A stretch of 64,000 nucleotides of DNA from Octopus vulgaris (Eukaryota), in assembly GCA_951406725.2 (NCBI GenBank), contig OX597816.1, positions 125,116,001 to 125,180,000 of the forward strand, in the 5' to 3' direction. The translations under genes and the position numbers were made by a program. Positions within the stretch are counted from its first letter, which is position 1; each line of letters starts with the position of its first letter. Shown in pieces: positions 57,861-64,000 of the stretch. The notes under the pieces were generated by a model. It did no database searches, had not been told where the DNA came from, and saw only the letters and a program-made list of their open reading frames with translations.

Positions 57861-58181
57861 AAGAACTCATCAGACATGTGCAACAGTTGCAGCGGAGTTG
57901 TGGAAATATTCCTGTATATGTGTGTGCCTGCGCGCACACGTGTGTATGTGTGTGAATGTGTGTGCGTGGGTGTATGTATGTGTGCTTGTTTGTTTGTGTA
58001 CATATATATACACACATACAGTCATACATCTTTATATGTGCATACATACATGATATTTATATATAATAGATAATGAATACATGCAGACAAATAATTTGGT
58101 ATATTCTACTTCGTTATTTTTATCTAACTTACAAGAGTCTATATTTTTTATGTGAATTCGTGTGTTGAAACATATTTTGAT

Positions 58182-58276
58182 GTATCTAGGCAGAGTCATT
58201 ATGCCAATATTATTAACGCATGCACTGAACCAGTGCGTGGGTTAATAATAGTGGCATAATGAATCTCCCTAGACAC
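58182..58276. repeat. Hairpin, 46-bp arms (40/46 complementary), 3-nt loop
   Basis: gtatctaggcagagtcattatgccaatattattaacgcatgcactg-aac-cagtgcgtgggttaataatagtggcataatgaatctccctagacac. Confidence 0.9.
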
Positions 58277-58414
58277 GATAATTTGGCATATATAAAGATA
58301 TATATATATGTGTGTGTGTGTGTATGCGTGTGTCTATGTATGTGCATGTGTGTGCGTATATATATATATACATATGTGTGTGTGTGTCTGTGTGTGTGGG
58401 TGGGTGGGTGTGGG

Positions 58415-58630
58415 TGTTTGTGTGTCTTTGATTGTCCCCACAACATCGCTTGACAACCGATGATGTGTTTACGTCCCCGTAACTTAGCGGTACGGCAAAA
58501 AGGACGGATAGAATAAGTACTAGGCTTGCAAAGAATAAGTCCTGAGGTCGATTTGCTCGACTAAAGGCGGTGCTGCAGCATGGCTGCAGTCAATTGACTG
58601 AAACAAGTAAAAGAGAGTAAAAGAGAGTCT
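58415..58630 (+). mobile_element. SINE 3' portion (Nin-related core and agtaaaag tail)
   Basis: gatagaataagtactaggc...ggtcgatttgctcgactaaaggcggtgct.cagcatggc.gcagtcaa.tgactgaaacaagtaaaag. Tail fragments also occur at ~19788-19823 and ~56220. Confidence 0.65.
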
Positions 58631-58647
58631 GAACAACAACAACAATG

Positions 58648-60828
<2,181 letters not shown>

Positions 60829-60832
<4 letters not shown>

Positions 60833-60975
60833 TCGAAAAATACCTTAGAAACGAGAACCAAGTTTGATATTTCCTCAAGACACCTGATGAAGACTGGAGG
60901 GTATATCAGCCGAAACGTTGTGTTAACAACAAACAAAATGAGGACACATATCCGTTAAATATAGATAATGCAAAT
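60829..60975 (+). mobile_element. Tail half of the tRNA-headed hammerhead element, fused to the LINE (AAT)n tail; hammerhead at 60879-60924
   Basis: GACAC-CUGAUGA-A-GACUG...CAGCC-GAAACGUU-GUGUU, with one stem II mismatch relative to 43352. Confidence 0.8.
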
Positions 60976-61429
60976 AGTGATCTCATATCAAGATAAACAG
61001 CGCAGGTGGGGCCCAAATAAATTGTTTTAGGTCGAGTAGCCCCTCCCGCTCAAAAGGTACCTGAATAAGCGTTATTTAAGGATGGTGAACAAAACACCCA
61101 TGTTTCCAGAGGCGAATTACTGAAACCCCAAAGAATTGTTCATATGATGCTCCCCCACTACTTATACTTGTGATCAGAGAAGCACATATCGTCAGCCACT
61201 AAGGGGCATATTCAGCTGACAAACACATCTATGATATTGAGCAGAATACTTGCTGTACGAAGACAAAACAATGTACTTGATAACACTTCAAATCATATAT
61301 ATGTATGTATGTATGTATATGAGAATATGACTTGGTGTTTCATGATGCACCTACAAAAATCATATTCCCCTATACTTTTCCTTCGTGGGAATACACTTTT
61401 TTCCATGTATATATATATATATATATTAC

Positions 61430-62700
61430 AGGGGGGACTCTCTCGTCGAACGGCAAATGAAGATTAAATATAATGAAGCGTTAATCTTGTTCTATGGACA
61501 CGAATATGTCCCCTGAGTCCTGCTGATGCCTTGTAAACCTTCTCGCAAATGGAATATGCTGAGGACTTAGCTTGCTCGAGTGCTTGTGTATCATTTATTA
61601 TGTATTTTCTTGAGAGTGTAGTAGAAGAATATTATATTTGAACGCTGGAATGTCTCGTGTCCATCATAACTGGATGTATAAAATCTGCTGTAAAATTCCG
61701 CATTTCACTTTCTCGATGTAAATTTTTTTGTGCATGATGTGTGATCTAATTTCAGACGATTCAGCATAGTCTATTATGATTTCTATTGGGTTGGCTACTG
61801 AAGAATGTATTTGGACTTCACGTTTGATTTGAAGATGTTAAATTATGTAAGATGGCTGCTGCTACAATGGTCATTGTTGTCAAAGGTATCATGTCGAGAG
61901 TGCTGGCGAAGATATCACGTCCGGGTCATCAGTTATAGCTATGAGGTTATGAAGTCTCTTTTGGTTTACTTCGGAAATGTTGCATACTACTATATAACAA
62001 GTGTTCCATGGTAACTCTTCGAAATAATACAAGAAACGAACTTTAGAATAACAGCAAGACTTTATTCCTCTGCTAAATTATACAGTGGACCAAATATCAC
62101 ATCACGAATTCTTTTGGTCGTACAGTTCATCCATCGTTAGGATAATTCAACCCTGGCCATCATTTGTTACAAGTGCTTCGTTATGTCAGCAGGAAAATAT
62201 GACGCGTACCCTGAGAAAATTCTCTCACCTTTCTCTAGTCATAATCATTTTACAACGCTATTTATAAACAGAAAGGGACTCACAGTGATACTATTAATTT
62301 ATTATTTGAGGATGTATTACACGTAACGTGATTAGATCCAAGATCCGTACCCCGCGCAATACTCGACCAATCAAAATATAAGACTCAACCGAGTCACATG
62401 ATAGGTCAAAACGATCAATCATTAAAGATTAACATGTGGAGCCCATTTCTGAATATAAAGGGCTAATCGAACATAAAAGGTCAGAAAAGAAATTACTCTC
62501 ACTACAAGTGGACAGCAAGGCCTGATTTGCTTCGTGCCACGAAATTGCAATGCTAGGTAATGCTTCCATTTAGAGGAGATGCATTTTGCCAGCATCGCTT
62601 CATGCCTACACGAATTTGGTACCAAAGTAAGAGTTGACTTTGCTCAAATCTTTGAACTGAGGAAAACTAGGACTGGCGCGAGGTCTTCCGTTTTGATGCT
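61430..62700 (-). mobile_element. Heavily decayed RTE-type LINE 3' region
   Basis: C-terminal zinc-finger-like SICEKVYKASAGLRGHIRVH (~61505-61560). Only faint RT-like motifs upstream. Confidence 0.45.
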
Positions 62701-63324
62701 TTGTTCTCCGTAAATCGTATTGTATGTATAAAATTATATGTATTATATATAAATATATTAGTGTTTTCTTTTTCCACTGCACCCCTTTTCCACTTTTACC
62801 TTTTTCTTGTTTTCAATTTATCTTTTTATGACTACAGTGTTAACTAAACATTATCCATATTTTACTAATATGATATTACTTATAAGCACGTTTTCTCAGT
62901 TCTTGCCATACTCGATATAACTAACTTGATACGAATTGGTACACTTCCATTAGAAGCTCGTATATTTAAGAGCAACCACTACTTTTAACGCCCCTTTGTT
63001 TCCCCATTCTCCAAATTATCTTCATACAGTATCTTACGGTCTCTCAAAACAGTAGTTGTAGCTACCATTAACGCTTATATTGTTGATATCAACACCATCA
63101 CCATCCAATATATTATATCTTTCTTGTTTAATCTACACGACACACGTTTTTAACTTGTCTCAAATGCAAATTACTTTTTCATTTATTTACATGACAAGGA
63201 TTTAGCAATTTAATTACATAAAGGATTAATATTTCTTGTTTACGTTTATGTTTCAATCGTCTTTATTATATCATCATATCCTCCAGGACTTCCTTTTCGT
63301 CTCTAGATTTATTATTCTTGCACT

Positions 63325-63740
63325 AAAAGGTGGTTGTGTTGTACCAGAATTGGTGGACCAGCGGCATATAAGAAAAACTTGCATTATTAGTCCCATCGTT
63401 TTACAATCTAAGTTCAAATCACAGTGCTGTCAATTTTGCCGTTCATATTTTGATGTTAAAAATGGAAATATTCTACTACGGAAGCTAATGTTATTCACTA
63501 GCACCTTTCACCAAAATTACTAATTAAGGTAAATTATAGTTAAATAGAACTAAACAAAACTTAAGGCATTTACTTTTTGAATTCATATCCCTCTCAGATC
63601 AACTTCATCTCTCATTCTCTCTGGGTCAATAAAATGAACTACCAATAAACCAATATAAATATAGTAGTGAAGTATTGGGGTCGATGGTATAAGCCAACAG
63701 GCCCACTTAATATTGCTGGCCATGTGCCTAAATTAGTTTT
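63325..63740 (+). mobile_element. Old, degenerate Nin-type SINE remnants
   Basis: agttcaaatc...gtcaattttgccgttcat, gggtcaataaaatgaactacca, ttggggtcgatg, attgctggccatgtgcctaaattag. Confidence 0.5.
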
Positions 63741-64000
63741 ATTTATTACCAAAATATAAATGTGATTTATACATTTAAATTCAAAGCCAACTGAAACCTT
63801 TTTTGTTAATATTAAGTTTCTCCGTTCAATAGGGAGCAGAATATCATGTAACAAACCATGAAATATATATCAAATGCTGAAATATTTTATATCATGGGCA
63901 TGAATCACTATGGTCTTAATCCATTAAATTCTTTCTTGTCTTAGTATACTCCTCAGTGGTAATCATAGCTCATTTAAAAAATGAACTTTATAAAATTAAT

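Overview
AT-rich, microsatellite-dense metazoan DNA. Cephalopod, probably Octopus, is inferred from the Nin-domain-type SINEs, R4/Dong LINEs in (TAA)n and abundant Penelope relics; it is not proven. I see no intact host gene. The window holds a decayed, apparently intronless class-B (adhesion/Methuselah-like) 7TM receptor at the left end and two candidate exons near 21 kb. The rest is nested transposon relics: four R4/Dong RLE-LINEs, RTE and CR1-like fragments, Penelope RT/GIY-YIG fragments, a Tc1, a hAT with its 8-bp TSD, MITE-like foldbacks and many SINEs. The most interesting signal is non-coding. At least six sequence-distinct short type I hammerhead ribozyme motifs sit in small cassettes, mostly lodged in (TA)n. 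One hammerhead belongs to a multi-copy element with a tRNA-like Pol III head. One foldback element appears to carry hammerhead strands in a non-canonical order. Most ORFs in the supplied track are microsatellite artefacts. All alignments and folds were done by eye.
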